The position numbers were made by a program, and so were the translations under genes. The notes under the pieces were generated by a model. That model saw only the letters and a program-made list of their open reading frames with translations. It was not told where the DNA came from and did not search any database. From a virus, in the IMG/VR virus record IMGVR_UViG_3300037510_000657, positions 15,013 through 79,012 of that record: 64,000 nucleotides of DNA. One strand, given 5' to 3'. This document shows positions 46,272-55,936 of this stretch, in pieces. Each line of letters begins with the position of its first letter. Within the stretch, counting starts at the first letter, position 1.

Positions 46272-46940
46272 TCAGCGGCGAACCGAGGGGTTGAAGTGGG
46301 CGTACCTGCCGTCCATGGCCTTGTACTCCTGATCGTCGGTGAGTGGCGGGGGGACGAACATGCCGTCGTTGGCGATGATGTTCTTCATGATGGCGATCAC
46401 GCGGGCCGTCGGGGACTTGAACTGAGCCCCGAAGGCAGCAGCGATGAGACCCTCGCTCTGGTACTCGTCCATGTCGTCGATGCCGGAGACGCCAGAACCC
46501 TCGAAGGCCTTCTCGATGAGCGCGAGCTGCTTGAAGGAGAAGTACTTCTCGAGGTACTCGACCATGTTACCGGTGTTGACGCCGCCGCCCGAGAACAGGT
46601 CGGAGGTGGTGAGCTCGTCCGTCCGGAGGACGCAGGCCAGGAGCACGCTGCCGAGAGCGCAGCCCGTGCACCTCGGCGCACCAGCCTCGATGTAGAGGTC
46701 ACGCACCTCCTCCGACGTCCCGGCCCGCTGGCTCTGCGCCAGATCCACACCGATGTCGACAACCTTGCCGACCAGGTAGCCCTTGTGCGCCGGAGCGTAC
46801 TTCTTGCTCTGGATGAGAGCGAGGACATCCTTGGCCACCACGACGCGCTGCTGCGCTCTGCTCATCTTGTGGAACCGGCGCTCCCGGTCCCGGATGATCT
46901 TCCGCATCTTCGCCTGCTGCTTCTCCTTCTTGGTCATCAC
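46272..46940 (-). CDS. Hypothetical protein
   Basis: 222 aa; CTGCALG motif. Confidence 0.6.
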   Translation of the reverse strand: MMTKKEKQQAKMRKIIRDRERRFHKMSRAQQRVVVAKDVLALIQSKKYAPAHKGYLVGKVVDIGVDLAQSQRAGTSEEVRDLYIEAGAPRCTGCALGSVLLACVLRTDELTTSDLFSGGGVNTGNMVEYLEKYFSFKQLALIEKAFEGSGVSGIDDMDEYQSEGLIAAAFGAQFKSPTARVIAIMKNIIANDGMFVPPPLTDDQEYKAMDGRYAHFNPSVRR

Positions 46941-47293
46941 TTCCTCTCCTTCTCGAGCTTGATGAGGGCCGCGAGCTCGTTGGCGGCCTCGTTGCGACGC
47001 TGGTTGATGGGCAGGCAGAGGACGATCCCCAACGCCCGCTCGTATGCCTTGATGGCGGCAGCCTTCCGCTCGTCGGCGACCACCCGGTAGAGGTCGTGCA
47101 CGGTGTCCATGTTGCCGAGGTTCTGCTCGGCTACCTCCATGCAGTGCGACTCCTCCGTCGTGAGAGGTCTCGGCTCGTTCTTGTTCCGTCGAGCCGTCTT
47201 GGCCGCATGCGCCTTCAGCTCTCGCTCCAACCTCTCGTTCCCGACGGGATCGTAGTCGTCGTCTCTGTTGTCGCCGCCAGTGTTGCTGGGCAT
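46937..47293 (-). CDS. Hypothetical protein
   Basis: SD AGGAG; after motif at 47327. Confidence 0.55.
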   Translation of the reverse strand: MPSNTGGDNRDDDYDPVGNERLERELKAHAAKTARRNKNEPRPLTTEESHCMEVAEQNLGNMDTVHDLYRVVADERKAAAIKAYERALGIVLCLPINQRRNEAANELAALIKLEKERK

Positions 47294-47326
47294 CTGCGTC
47301 TCCTAAGCGTTGGTTGGGTCCATAGT

Positions 47327-47354
47327 CCTTATCTCAGGCGCCCTACGTTCCTTG
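47327..47354 (-). promoter_or_regulatory. CAA-N16-GnnATAAGG motif copy
   Basis: CAA-N16-GAGATAAGG. Confidence 0.65.
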
Positions 47355-47382
47355 AAAGAACCCGGAACGGCCTGGGATAAGC
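47355..47382 (+). promoter_or_regulatory. Plus-strand copy of motif (divergent pair)
   Basis: AAA-N16-GGGATAAGC upstream of the plus-strand island. Confidence 0.55.
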
Positions 47383-47408
47383 TCGCCGCACCCCCAAGGA
47401 GTTACCCC

Positions 47409-47621
47409 ATGACCGAAGAGCACATGCTGAAGCTGTGGAACGACTACTTTGCGGCCGCCGAAGAGCTCTACTCGACTCTCGGCCTGGCCTCACACGGAGA
47501 CACGGGAGAGGTAGTGGCGTTCGTTACCTCCGGAACCACGGCTGCGATGGAGCGCCTGCACCAGGCGGCCACGGCCATCATGGTCTCTCGAGGCCTCGTC
47601 CCACCGGGGTCGGCGTCGTGA
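47409..47621 (+). CDS. Hypothetical protein
   Basis: SD AAGGAG. Confidence 0.55.
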   Translation: MTEEHMLKLWNDYFAAAEELYSTLGLASHGDTGEVVAFVTSGTTAAMERLHQAATAIMVSRGLVPPGSAS

Positions 47622-47926
47622 GCGCCAAGGGACCGCTCCGAGCCTTCCGCGTGGAGACCAACAAGGAGATCTCCTTCGCACACTTTGCGTCCGGCGTGGT
47701 ACTTGCGGAGGACATGCACGAGGCGATGCGGCTAGCTGAGCTGTCGCTTGGTGGGAAAGCCACCAGTGCTTCGCTCATCGGCACAGTCATCGCTTACACC
47801 TCAACCGCGCGCGATAAGGTATTGGACGAAGTCGAACAGGGGTTAGAGCTCCTCGAGGCCGACTGCCAGTGCGGCAACCTCAAGTACGGAGACATCCTCG
47901 ATGTACTGAAAGGACTGAGGCGATGA
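47618..47926 (+). CDS. Hypothetical protein
   Basis: GTGA coupling. Confidence 0.5.
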   Translation: MSAKGPLRAFRVETNKEISFAHFASGVVLAEDMHEAMRLAELSLGGKATSASLIGTVIAYTSTARDKVLDEVEQGLELLEADCQCGNLKYGDILDVLKGLRR

Positions 47927-48591
47927 CTCACTTCGAAGTGCACCAGCTGCAGATGAAGGTCCGAGTGCTCGAGACCAGGCTCGAGGCGTTGACCCAGTTC
48001 CTCCTCGTCGTCGCCGAGAAGGGCAAGGAGATGACCGACTCCGAGATTCTCAACCGCCTCAAGGAGATCGGCAAGATGCCGGAGAAGAAGGAGCCTGCGA
48101 AGCCGCCCTCGAACTGGCTTCGGTGTCTATCCACCTACGCCGTTCCTGGCACCGGGGTGAGCACGCGCTGCGTGAGCAACCGTGGGCACGCCGACACCAT
48201 CCAGCACACCGACGGGATCAGATACTGGGACAGCGACAACCCAGGAGCTGCTCCCTTCTTCTGCGAGTGCTCATGCCACAACAACATGGCCGTGGGCATC
48301 GACTGCCCGACTTGGTGTTCGTGCCGCGAGAAGACGAGGTCGCTGGTCAAGCAGGTCTCGGAGGAGGAGCTGCGGACGGCCAAGACGGACATCGTGAGCG
48401 CCATCCGGACACCGCAGGTCGACAACCCTCCGAACTGGGAGAGCAGGGCCCGCGCCTTCCTCAGCTCGATCGGGTCGCAGTGGACGGATCAGTGGTTGCA
48501 GGAGCAAGCGGTCGCGTTTATGAAGGAGGCCTACGAGAAGGGCCTCCGCGACGGAGCGAAGAAGGAACAACAAGCAGGAGGTTTCGAATGA
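47923..48591 (+). CDS. Cys-rich hypothetical protein
   Basis: ATGA coupling; CECSCH...CPTWCSC. Confidence 0.55.
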   Translation: MTHFEVHQLQMKVRVLETRLEALTQFLLVVAEKGKEMTDSEILNRLKEIGKMPEKKEPAKPPSNWLRCLSTYAVPGTGVSTRCVSNRGHADTIQHTDGIRYWDSDNPGAAPFFCECSCHNNMAVGIDCPTWCSCREKTRSLVKQVSEEELRTAKTDIVSAIRTPQVDNPPNWESRARAFLSSIGSQWTDQWLQEQAVAFMKEAYEKGLRDGAKKEQQAGGFE

Positions 48592-48929
48592 GCAACGACA
48601 AGAAGCAGTACCCACCGGAGACGGAGCACTCGCTACGCAAGAGAATCATCCGCTTCGTCACCACCACGCACGGCATAGCTGCCGCCGCTGGCTACATCAA
48701 CATCCGCGAGCGCACCGTCATCCGACTGCGCAAGCAGGACGAGGGTCGGATGATCGAGGAGCTTCAGATGGGTTGGTGGGGCGACTTCCTGCGCTCCGGA
48801 GCGGAGCACTATGCGGAGACGCGTCGCCCGATCCGGGACATCTTCCGTAGCAGCATGACTGGTGGGCACACCATCCTCGGGATGAGGGTCGAGTGGGACT
48901 CTCCCAACTTCGAAGTGGAGGTGGTCTGA
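48588..48929 (+). CDS. Hypothetical protein
   Basis: SD GGAGG; coupling. Confidence 0.55.
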   Translation: MSNDKKQYPPETEHSLRKRIIRFVTTTHGIAAAAGYINIRERTVIRLRKQDEGRMIEELQMGWWGDFLRSGAEHYAETRRPIRDIFRSSMTGGHTILGMRVEWDSPNFEVEVV

Positions 48930-49192
48930 TGACTCGAGGAAGCGAAGACACGTTGGAGAACTTCCACATGCGCATCGGCCCCGAGGTCCACCGCACGTAC
49001 TCGTTCGGTGATGCGGTCACCTACGCGATCGGCAAGCTCGAGGGTGCCGGCACCATCATGGGGCTTGGACTGCGTGCCGCTGGCGTGGACCTCTGGATCG
49101 TGGACCTGGGGCGCATCGTCGTCGACGAAGACGGGCACGAACGGTCGGCCATGCTCATCCCTGAGGGGCTGCTGAAGAGGTTCGTCCCATGA
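48929..49192 (+). CDS. Hypothetical protein
   Basis: TGATG coupling. Confidence 0.5.
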   Translation: MTRGSEDTLENFHMRIGPEVHRTYSFGDAVTYAIGKLEGAGTIMGLGLRAAGVDLWIVDLGRIVVDEDGHERSAMLIPEGLLKRFVP

Positions 49193-49509
49193 GAGAGCTG
49201 GTAGCGGTGACGCTCATCGGCGGGCAGGTGATCAACGCCCACCATCCCGACAAGTGCAAGGACCAGAGCTCGTGCTCGATCCACAAGCCGTCGCAACACC
49301 ACATGCGCGAGTGGCCGCAGAACTGGCGCATGGACGGTTACCTGATGGAGCGCATCTGCCCGCACGGCATCGGGCACCCAGACCCCGACCACATGCTCTA
49401 CATGATGACCTCGGGGCAGTACGATCCCATCCTCGAGACCCATGGCTGCGACGGCTGCTGCAAGGAGACCCACGGCGAGATCGTCGTGAAGGAAGGAGTG
49501 TACCGATGA
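49189..49509 (+). CDS. Cys/His-rich small protein
   Basis: CSIHKPSQHHM...ERICPHGIGHPDPD...HGCDGCC. Confidence 0.6.
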   Translation: MRELVAVTLIGGQVINAHHPDKCKDQSSCSIHKPSQHHMREWPQNWRMDGYLMERICPHGIGHPDPDHMLYMMTSGQYDPILETHGCDGCCKETHGEIVVKEGVYR

Positions 49510-49856
49510 CGTCGGAGGATGACAGCGGGCCGGTCCTGAAGAGCCAGCGCATCGAGATGTTCCGTCCGATCATCGAAGTGCGGAACCCCGAGCAAGAGAT
49601 CACCACCCCCTACCAGGAGAAGCGAGAGATGGCGGTCCCGAAGGAGGAGATGGACATGCGCCTACGCGTGCGGCGTCTGTTCAAGTTCATGCTCAGCGCC
49701 GGCATCGACGGTGTGCACAGCGACGTCTACGCGGCCGAGAAGCAGCTCGACAAGATGCCGGCACACCTGGTGAACGAGGAGTTCAACCTCCTCTTCCCAG
49801 AGCTCCGCGGCGTCGACGTCTCGCGGGTCATCTACCCCGACGGCGGAGGTTCGTGA
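49506..49856 (+). CDS. Hypothetical protein
   Basis: ATGA coupling. Confidence 0.5.
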   Translation: MTSEDDSGPVLKSQRIEMFRPIIEVRNPEQEITTPYQEKREMAVPKEEMDMRLRVRRLFKFMLSAGIDGVHSDVYAAEKQLDKMPAHLVNEEFNLLFPELRGVDVSRVIYPDGGGS

Positions 49857-50059
49857 CGCTCCTGGTGATGCAGGTCGGCGTACCAACGGGCCACGCTCTC
49901 GAGCTTCGCCCTGTGTTTCACGATGGGCCTGCCAGTCTTGGTCGACCTGACCAGGATCCAGGAGGCCAGCGAGGGCATGGTGGCGATGTACCAGTTCGTC
50001 TTGGGCACGGCCTGAAGATCTAGCAACGCCTGCGACGGCTGCAAGGGCACCGCTGTGGG

Positions 50060-50092
50060 CTAAAGAAGGGCCGCAGGCGCCCTTCTCTTAGC
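50060..50092. terminator. Near-symmetric (bidirectional) hairpin family copy
   Basis: CTAAAGAAGGGCCGCAGGCGCCCTTCTCTTAGC at the convergence of + and - islands. Confidence 0.65.
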
Positions 50093-50551
50093 TGTCAGGG
50101 AAGACGAACGTCCTCCAGCAAGTCGATGACGTAGTCCACGCAGGCCAGGTACTTGTTCACCGCCGCCGTCTCGGTGTAGCAGGAGGCGGGGTCGCATCCT
50201 TCGTGTGGCTGCTCGTGCGACAGCGAGTGCCGAAGGAAGAGAAGGTGGACCAGCTCCGGCTGGACATTCCACTCCTTGGCCAGGGCGTCTCGAGCCTTCT
50301 TGAACTCCTCCAGGGCTTCCTCTAGATGCATCCCGGTACCTCCATGTCGAAGCGGTGCAGGTAGATGTGGTGCTCGTGCCCGTCCTCCTTCACGGCCCAC
50401 CGCCCGTCGTGGATCACTTCGACGAGCTCGCCGTGGAACGCGTCCCAGCCGTAGTACTGGTCGTCGGCACCACCGTCGCGAAGCCGGTAGAAGGTGACTC
50501 GGTCACCGGGCTTCGGGTCCTTGAGCCCCTTGGCAGGGCTGTGGAACAGCA

Positions 50552-50884
50552 TCAGGGCCACTTGCTCTTGGGCTCCGGGCCCAGCAGCTCTTCGGCGTTG
50601 CCGCCGGCGTTCGTGATCATGATGCGGAGAACTTCGCGATCGCTCTCCGCGATGTAGGCATACACTTCGTACTCGTAGAAGATCCGCCCGTCGTCCGTCT
50701 TGTACTTGGTGTACTCGACGGTCTGCTCGAACGGTTCCTTGTCGACGTCAGGTGGGGTGAACCTGAGGCGGATGGGCGAGAAGCCTACCGATACTGCCTT
50801 GCCGATGAGAGCTCCTCTGCCTGGATCGGTACGTTGGTGGAAGAGGATGTATTCGGTGCCGATGGGTGGGATGACTGCCATCAT
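50552..50884 (-). CDS. Hypothetical protein
   Basis: SD AAGGAG. Confidence 0.5.
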   Translation of the reverse strand: MMAVIPPIGTEYILFHQRTDPGRGALIGKAVSVGFSPIRLRFTPPDVDKEPFEQTVEYTKYKTDDGRIFYEYEVYAYIAESDREVLRIMITNAGGNAEELLGPEPKSKWP

Positions 50885-50886
50885 GG

Positions 50887-51231
50887 TTACTCCTTTCCGA
50901 TGTCGCGGAGTCGCTCGGACAACGTCTCGGCCTCCACGATCTCCTCGGCCTTGTCGGGGTCGTCGGAGCCTGGTTCATGGACGAAGCCGTCGTTCCGGTA
51001 GCCCTCGTCGGAGAGCTGCCAGTAGACGTGGCTGTCGAGAGCCTCGGAGAGCAGGTAGAGCTCGTAGCCGGTGAGCTCCACCTGGTACTTCTTCTCCATC
51101 TTCGCCTTGTTGGCCAGCTTCTCCGCGTCCTCATGGTCGCGTCGGCACTGGTCGGAGCAGAACTCCTTGTCCGTGTGGTACTCGGGGTACACCTTCGAGC
51201 ACTGCTTGCAGGTCGGCGCGCTCATTCCCAT
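50887..51231 (-). CDS. Zn-finger (CxxC...FCSxxC) protein
   Basis: CKQC...FCSDQC; SD GAGGAG. Confidence 0.55.
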   Translation of the reverse strand: MGMSAPTCKQCSKVYPEYHTDKEFCSDQCRRDHEDAEKLANKAKMEKKYQVELTGYELYLLSEALDSHVYWQLSDEGYRNDGFVHEPGSDDPDKAEEIVEAETLSERLRDIGKE

Positions 51232-51233
51232 GG

Positions 51234-51974
51234 TCAGTTCTCCTCGCAGGGAACGGGCTGGAAGACTGCGTCGACCCAGCCGCGGATGATGGTGGCCGTG
51301 ACGAGGTAGCCAGCATCGTTCGGGTGCAGGCCGTCCCCGTGGTCGTACTCCGTCACCAGGTAGTCGGCGCCGTTGTTCAGCGCGTCGCTGACCCGTCGCA
51401 GACCGCCCATGTTGAGGTAGTAGCCGTTGAGCTCCTGCCAGAGCGGGTACCGCGGCGGGCCCACCTGCGCCATGGTCTCGAACCGCAGGCGGGCCGGGTC
51501 CATGATGGAGAAGAACACCGTGGCCTCGGGGTTGTTGGCGCTGATGTCGTCGAGCAGGTCTTCCATCCTCGCCGCGATGTTCGGTGCTGTTGTCTCCCCG
51601 TGGAGGACGTCGTTGATGCCGCACTGGACGAAGATCCACGACACGTCGGGGTTGCCGCGGGCCGGGGAGAGAAGCCAGGCGGAGTACTGGTTGTCGACCG
51701 TGTTGCCGGCGACCGAGACGTTGATGACCGCGTCTCCCTCGTGAAGCATGAACGAGCGGTACGCCTTGAAGGCGCCGACCACGATGGAGTCACCGATGAA
51801 GGCTCCCGTGGTCTTCTGCTCGCAGCGAGGGCGAGTGTCAGCATCGGGCGGAGTGGCGTCGGGGACGGAGGCATCGAAAACGGCCGCGTCCGGAGAGGAC
51901 GCATCTGGCTCGACTCCGAGTTCTTCGCTCGAGCATGCCGATAGGACGAGTAGCAGTGGGAGTAGATACTTCAC
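51234..51974 (-). CDS. SGNH/GDSL hydrolase lipoprotein
   Basis: Lipobox VLSAC; FIGDSI, GIND, DGLHPN. Confidence 0.85.
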   Translation of the reverse strand: MKYLLPLLLVLSACSSEELGVEPDASSPDAAVFDASVPDATPPDADTRPRCEQKTTGAFIGDSIVVGAFKAYRSFMLHEGDAVINVSVAGNTVDNQYSAWLLSPARGNPDVSWIFVQCGINDVLHGETTAPNIAARMEDLLDDISANNPEATVFFSIMDPARLRFETMAQVGPPRYPLWQELNGYYLNMGGLRRVSDALNNGADYLVTEYDHGDGLHPNDAGYLVTATIIRGWVDAVFQPVPCEEN

Positions 51975-52174
51975 GTCATCACCTTCCATGGTAGAGAGAA
52001 CGTGGTGCCGTCCGGGCTTCGGTCCACGAGTCCGTTGTTGATGAGGTTGCAGATGTCGCTGGGCAGCCGCCACGGGAGGAAGTAGAACTTCCCCTTGAGC
52101 GCCTCGAGGAGCTCGTCAACCGTCTTCGGCCCCGTGTCGAGCTGCTTCACGATGGCCTTCTGCAGGTTGGTCAC
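51971..52174 (-). CDS. Small winged-HTH protein
   Basis: GPKTVDELLEAL...ICNLINNGLVDR. Confidence 0.5.
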   Translation of the reverse strand: MTNLQKAIVKQLDTGPKTVDELLEALKGKFYFLPWRLPSDICNLINNGLVDRSPDGTTFSLPWKVMT

Positions 52175-52588
52175 CTCCGCACCTTCGCCCTCGGCAGCTT
52201 GTGCTTGGGCGGGTTGCAGATGGGGCAGGTCTTGCTGCACTTGCCGCGCAAGATGGTCCTGACGAACCACTCGAGGAACCAGATCAGCCCTCCGTCTTTT
52301 TGCCGCATAGGCAGCACCTCAGGTTGGTGACCGTGAGCTCCATGTCGCTGGTGTCGAAGCTGGGCTGCCACGGAGTGCAGCACACCGAGTTCGGGCGGGC
52401 GTCGCTCACGGGGACGGAGTCGTCCACGAGGTGCCAGGACGAAGGAGTGCCCTGCAGGAAGCCGAAGCCAGGCGCCTCGACGTAGAAGATGTTGTCCCTG
52501 CCAGAGTGGTACGAGACCACGATGCCGACAGTGCCGCCGGGGTCGTTGAACTGCACCCGCTTCCCCAGCCACTCGTTCATTGCATGAC

Positions 52589-52849
52589 TCATTTCAGTAC
52601 CACCCCTTCTCCCAGACACTTGGGGCACCTCACGTAGGTGCTCTGGATGATGCCGTGGCGAGCGGCGTGTTTCTCCGCATCGTCAAGCTCCTGCTTGCTG
52701 AACCTCTCTGGGTTCGCCAGGACTCCGCATTCCGGAGAGCAGTAGAACTTGTTGCCGTGGTAGGGCGGTACCGCTCGGACGCAGCCTACGCGCATGCAGT
52801 TCCCGTCGGCGCGTCCGGCCCGACGAGTAGCAGTGCCCTCGAGGCTCAT
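52589..52849 (-). CDS. Zn-finger protein
   Basis: CMRVGC...YCSPEC...CPKCLG. Confidence 0.5.
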   Translation of the reverse strand: MSLEGTATRRAGRADGNCMRVGCVRAVPPYHGNKFYCSPECGVLANPERFSKQELDDAEKHAARHGIIQSTYVRCPKCLGEGVVLK

Positions 52850-53097
52850 GGCTTGTGGGTCTTCGCGATGTTCCAGCAGTGCTCGATGCTGTTCTCCACC
52901 GAGCACAGGTGCCCGGCCGCGTTGGAGAGATGGCTGGAGAGGAGGACGCGACCACGGGCCGCATCCTCGACGACGTCCTTCTGCAGCTCGAGCCGCAGGT
53001 TCTTGATGAGCTCGAACAGAGCGTCGTAGCGGAGCTCGGAGACTTCCTTCGCGAGCTCCTTCATGTTGAGGCCTTGGACAGTGGTCGCGTGGTTCAC
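52846..53097 (-). CDS. Hypothetical protein
   Basis: SD AGGAG; coupling. Confidence 0.5.
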   Translation of the reverse strand: MNHATTVQGLNMKELAKEVSELRYDALFELIKNLRLELQKDVVEDAARGRVLLSSHLSNAAGHLCSVENSIEHCWNIAKTHKP

Positions 53098-53106
53098 GTT
53101 CTTCTC

Positions 53107-53466
53107 CTATCTGTTGTCGTACGGGTCGATGATGTCCAGTACGTCCATGATGTCGTGGTTGTACCGTGTCTCGGTGATGAAGAGGGAGGGCTCGGCTACG
53201 TGGTAGTGGCTGAGGTGCCCGGTGTAGCACCACTCATCGGCGAGAGCGACCTTCAGGCAGAACACGCAGAGGTGGAGCTCATGCGAGTGGTTCGCCCGGA
53301 GGCAGAACTCGGGATGCGTCTCACTGACGTTGACGCAGACGTTGGTCCCAGAGAACCAGTGCCTCCCTCGGAAGCAGTTCCAGGTGTCCAGCCAGCTCGG
53401 CTCGACCCTCTTGAAGTGGAGGTCCGGGTGCCGGATCTTGTAGGCGTTGGCTCGGTAGGCGCTCAC
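53107..53466 (-). CDS. Cys/His-rich hypothetical protein
   Basis: 119 aa. Confidence 0.5.
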   Translation of the reverse strand: MSAYRANAYKIRHPDLHFKRVEPSWLDTWNCFRGRHWFSGTNVCVNVSETHPEFCLRANHSHELHLCVFCLKVALADEWCYTGHLSHYHVAEPSLFITETRYNHDIMDVLDIIDPYDNR

Positions 53467-53592
53467 TTCGTCCTCTCCCTCCTGGCGTCGAGGATGGCGC
53501 GCACCCGGCGCTCCTCGTCCACGCCGTGCTTCTTGGTCCTGATGGAACGGATGAGCCGGCGCTCGTTCTCACGAGCTTCCTTCCTCCACTCC

Positions 53593-53985
53593 CTACTTCT
53601 TGCGCGTTGCCTTGCCGCCCATTCGGCTTCCGCCGCGTTTGAATCTGGCTGAAGAGCTTCGAACTCCTCGAGGATGCTCCGGCGCAGATTCAGCCACACG
53701 TTCATCCTCCTCCGGGCTGGTCAGGGCCTGCAGCGCAGCCAGTGCACCGATGCGCCAGTTGTTGCGTTCGTCGATGAGCTTGCCGACGAGCTCGTCGTCG
53801 AGGTTGCGGGCCATGATCATGAGCTTGTTCGACGCCATGTAGCCGACGATGCTCATCGCTGGGTTGGCGTCGTGGCGCAGGGCGGCGCGGAGGAGCTCTT
53901 CGACAACGAGCTCATGCGCCATCCGCTCCCAGTGCTTCATCGACTTGCCGTTGAACCGGCCCTTCTTGTCGACCTTGAAGCTCAC
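53593..53985 (-). CDS. Hypothetical protein
   Basis: GTGA coupling. Confidence 0.5.
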   Translation of the reverse strand: MSFKVDKKGRFNGKSMKHWERMAHELVVEELLRAALRHDANPAMSIVGYMASNKLMIMARNLDDELVGKLIDERNNWRIGALAALQALTSPEEDERVAESAPEHPRGVRSSSARFKRGGSRMGGKATRKK

Positions 53986-54374
53986 GGGTACTCCTTGATG
54001 GGACCGATGGCCTCGAGCTCCCGCCTCGACTGGCGGATGCGCTCCTCCGACTTCTCGATCTCGTGCTCCGCGTGGGCGACACGACGGATCTTCGCGATCT
54101 CATCCAGGCATGCGAGGGCCTGCTCGACGAGGTCGCCGGACCTGAGGGCGTCGATGGACTCGTTGAGGATCTTCATCGGGGTGACCTCCCCGTTCTGCAT
54201 CTGCGCTACGAGCCAGTTCTGGCGGTCGCTGGTGCCCTGCTCGAGCACCTCTCGCATGGCGCCGGCCGCGTTCGAGATGTTGCGGAGGATGGTGTCCAGC
54301 TTCTCCCCGTACAGGATGCTCTTGATGCGGTCGCGCTGGATCTTCTCGAGCTGGTACTGCTTGGCGTTGTCCAT
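53982..54374 (-). CDS. Hypothetical helical protein
   Basis: SD GAGGAGG. Confidence 0.55.
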   Translation of the reverse strand: MDNAKQYQLEKIQRDRIKSILYGEKLDTILRNISNAAGAMREVLEQGTSDRQNWLVAQMQNGEVTPMKILNESIDALRSGDLVEQALACLDEIAKIRRVAHAEHEIEKSEERIRQSRRELEAIGPIKEYP

Positions 54375-54377
54375 GGT

Positions 54378-54599
54378 CTACCTCCTCAAGACCTTTGCGG
54401 TCTTCTCGTGGGTGTCGAACTCGATGTCGACGTACTCCCCGTGCTCGATGAACTCCCCCATCAGCTTGCTGGCGTCCTGGAGGAACGCGTCGAGGGTGTC
54501 CTCGTCCATGGGGGAGGCCACCTCGGTTGCGTCGCGCCTCAGGTCGGCGAGCGCGTCGTGGATGGCGTCCGGCGTCTTGAACGTGACGGTGAACTTCAT
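54378..54599 (-). CDS. Hypothetical protein
   Basis: MKFTVTFKTPDA; 73 aa. Confidence 0.55.
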   Translation of the reverse strand: MKFTVTFKTPDAIHDALADLRRDATEVASPMDEDTLDAFLQDASKLMGEFIEHGEYVDIEFDTHEKTAKVLRR

Positions 54600-54953
54600 T
54601 TGACTACCTTCTCCACTTCCGTGCGGATGAGCTTCACGATGGTGTCGGTCGAGGGGCAGCCCTCGTTGCGCCACTCGTCGTCGGGGAGCCCGGGGATGTC
54701 GGTGAGCCTCTTCACCTCGGTGAGGGTGTCCTTGAGCTTCTCGCGCTCGTCTTTGAGTCGCTCGAGCTCAGCCTCTAGGCCCTCCACGTACTCTGCGTCG
54801 AATCGGCCCATCAGTACCTCCCGAGGTTGGCTGGCAAGGGGAGCGCCAGGCGCTCGTACAGCCAGCGGGTCAGAACAGCCACTACGGTCGCGAGACAGGT
54901 CACCAGAACCTGCCGTATCAGTTCTTTCATCGGAGTCTCCTCCCAGGAAAAAG

Positions 54954-55006
54954 AAAGGCAGGAGCGGTGATCGCTCCGGGTCGGGAGTTGGGACACTCCT
55001 GCCTTT
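54954..55006 (-). terminator. Terminator/attenuator in the leader after motif 55075
   Basis: AAAGGCAGGAG/CTCCTGCCTTT inverted repeat followed on the minus strand by CTTTTT. Confidence 0.55.
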
Positions 55007-55074
55007 CCAGTCGCCGGCCATTACAGCCAGCTACCGCATGAACTCTCACCCCCCTTCAAACTTGGGTTCAGAGT

Positions 55075-55102
55075 TCTTATCTCTTCTTGGGCACATGGAT
55101 TG
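55075..55102 (-). promoter_or_regulatory. CAA-N16-GnnATAAG motif copy
   Basis: CAA-N16-GAGATAAGA. Confidence 0.6.
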
Positions 55103-55340
55103 CGTCGGTGGTGCGCACCAGCGCCTCGAACTCCTCCTTCGTGGCGATCTCGTAGAGCTTGGTGTCCGGTGTCGGCGCCAGGAGCCAGCTCTTGTTGTCG
55201 AAGTGAGAGGCTGGATTTCCCTCGAGGGCCCCGCCGGTTGGAACGACGCCGCCGAAGAGGGATTGGATGAGCACGCATCCGACCTTCTTCTGCTTCATGT
55301 CGTAGGCGACCCAGGCGTAGGGCTTCTTCTTGTCCGTCAT
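55077..55340 (-). CDS. Hypothetical protein
   Basis: ATGA coupling. Confidence 0.5.
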   Translation of the reverse strand: MTDKKKPYAWVAYDMKQKKVGCVLIQSLFGGVVPTGGALEGNPASHFDNKSWLLAPTPDTKLYEIATKEEFEALVRTTDAIHVPKKR

Positions 55341-55561
55341 CGGTACGGCCCCTTGATGAGAGGGAACTTGTCCTCTTTGAACTTGATGACGGTCTCGATG
55401 AACTCGAAGTCGGCCAGCGACTTCAACCGCGACCCGATGGCGTTGACGACACTGAAGTCGATGTCCGGCTCTTCGCCCTCGGTGATGGCCTTGTTCTCTT
55501 CGAGCCACTTCAGGACGATTTCCTTCAGTTCCTTCTCGGTGAGCTTCACGATGACCTTCAC
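55337..55561 (-). CDS. Hypothetical protein
   Basis: SD GAGGAG. Confidence 0.55.
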   Translation of the reverse strand: MKVIVKLTEKELKEIVLKWLEENKAITEGEEPDIDFSVVNAIGSRLKSLADFEFIETVIKFKEDKFPLIKGPYR

Positions 55562-55570
55562 TGTCTCCTC

Positions 55571-55873
55571 CTAGAGGACCACGTTGGCCTTGTTGAGCCG
55601 GTCCTGGACCCACATGGCGCGGATGAGAACGGCGCGAGCGTAATCGCTCTTGTCGCCGAGGTTGACGCGAACGAACGCCTTGCCATCGCGGATCCACTCC
55701 GTGGCGTCGGCCATGTCCTTGGCGCTGGCCATGGACTCCAGTCGCTTGTGCAGCCGGTCGATGAACTGGTTGGGCGCCTTGTCCTCGTTGAAGGCGATGA
55801 GGAAGCAGAGGTCGTGGTACAGGCGGCGATGGTCAATGGTGAGGCCGGTCTGGAGATGCACAGAAGCGCCCAT
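55571..55873 (-). CDS. Hypothetical protein
   Basis: First gene after motif at 55908. Confidence 0.55.
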   Translation of the reverse strand: MGASVHLQTGLTIDHRRLYHDLCFLIAFNEDKAPNQFIDRLHKRLESMASAKDMADATEWIRDGKAFVRVNLGDKSDYARAVLIRAMWVQDRLNKANVVL

Positions 55874-55907
55874 GGTTTCCCCCTAAGGTGTGGTTTGCGT
55901 TCAAGAT

Positions 55908-55935
55908 CCTTATCTCACCGAACGGTCCTCTCTTG
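55908..55935 (-). promoter_or_regulatory. CAA-N16-GnnATAAGG motif copy
   Basis: CAA-N16-GAGATAAGG. Confidence 0.65.
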
Positions 55936-55936
55936 G

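Noticed and set aside
49832-50050. ORF 49832..50050 (-), or an alternative plus-strand ORF from GTG 49853
   Set aside because: Neither frame is convincingly protein-like, and the strand cannot be decided.
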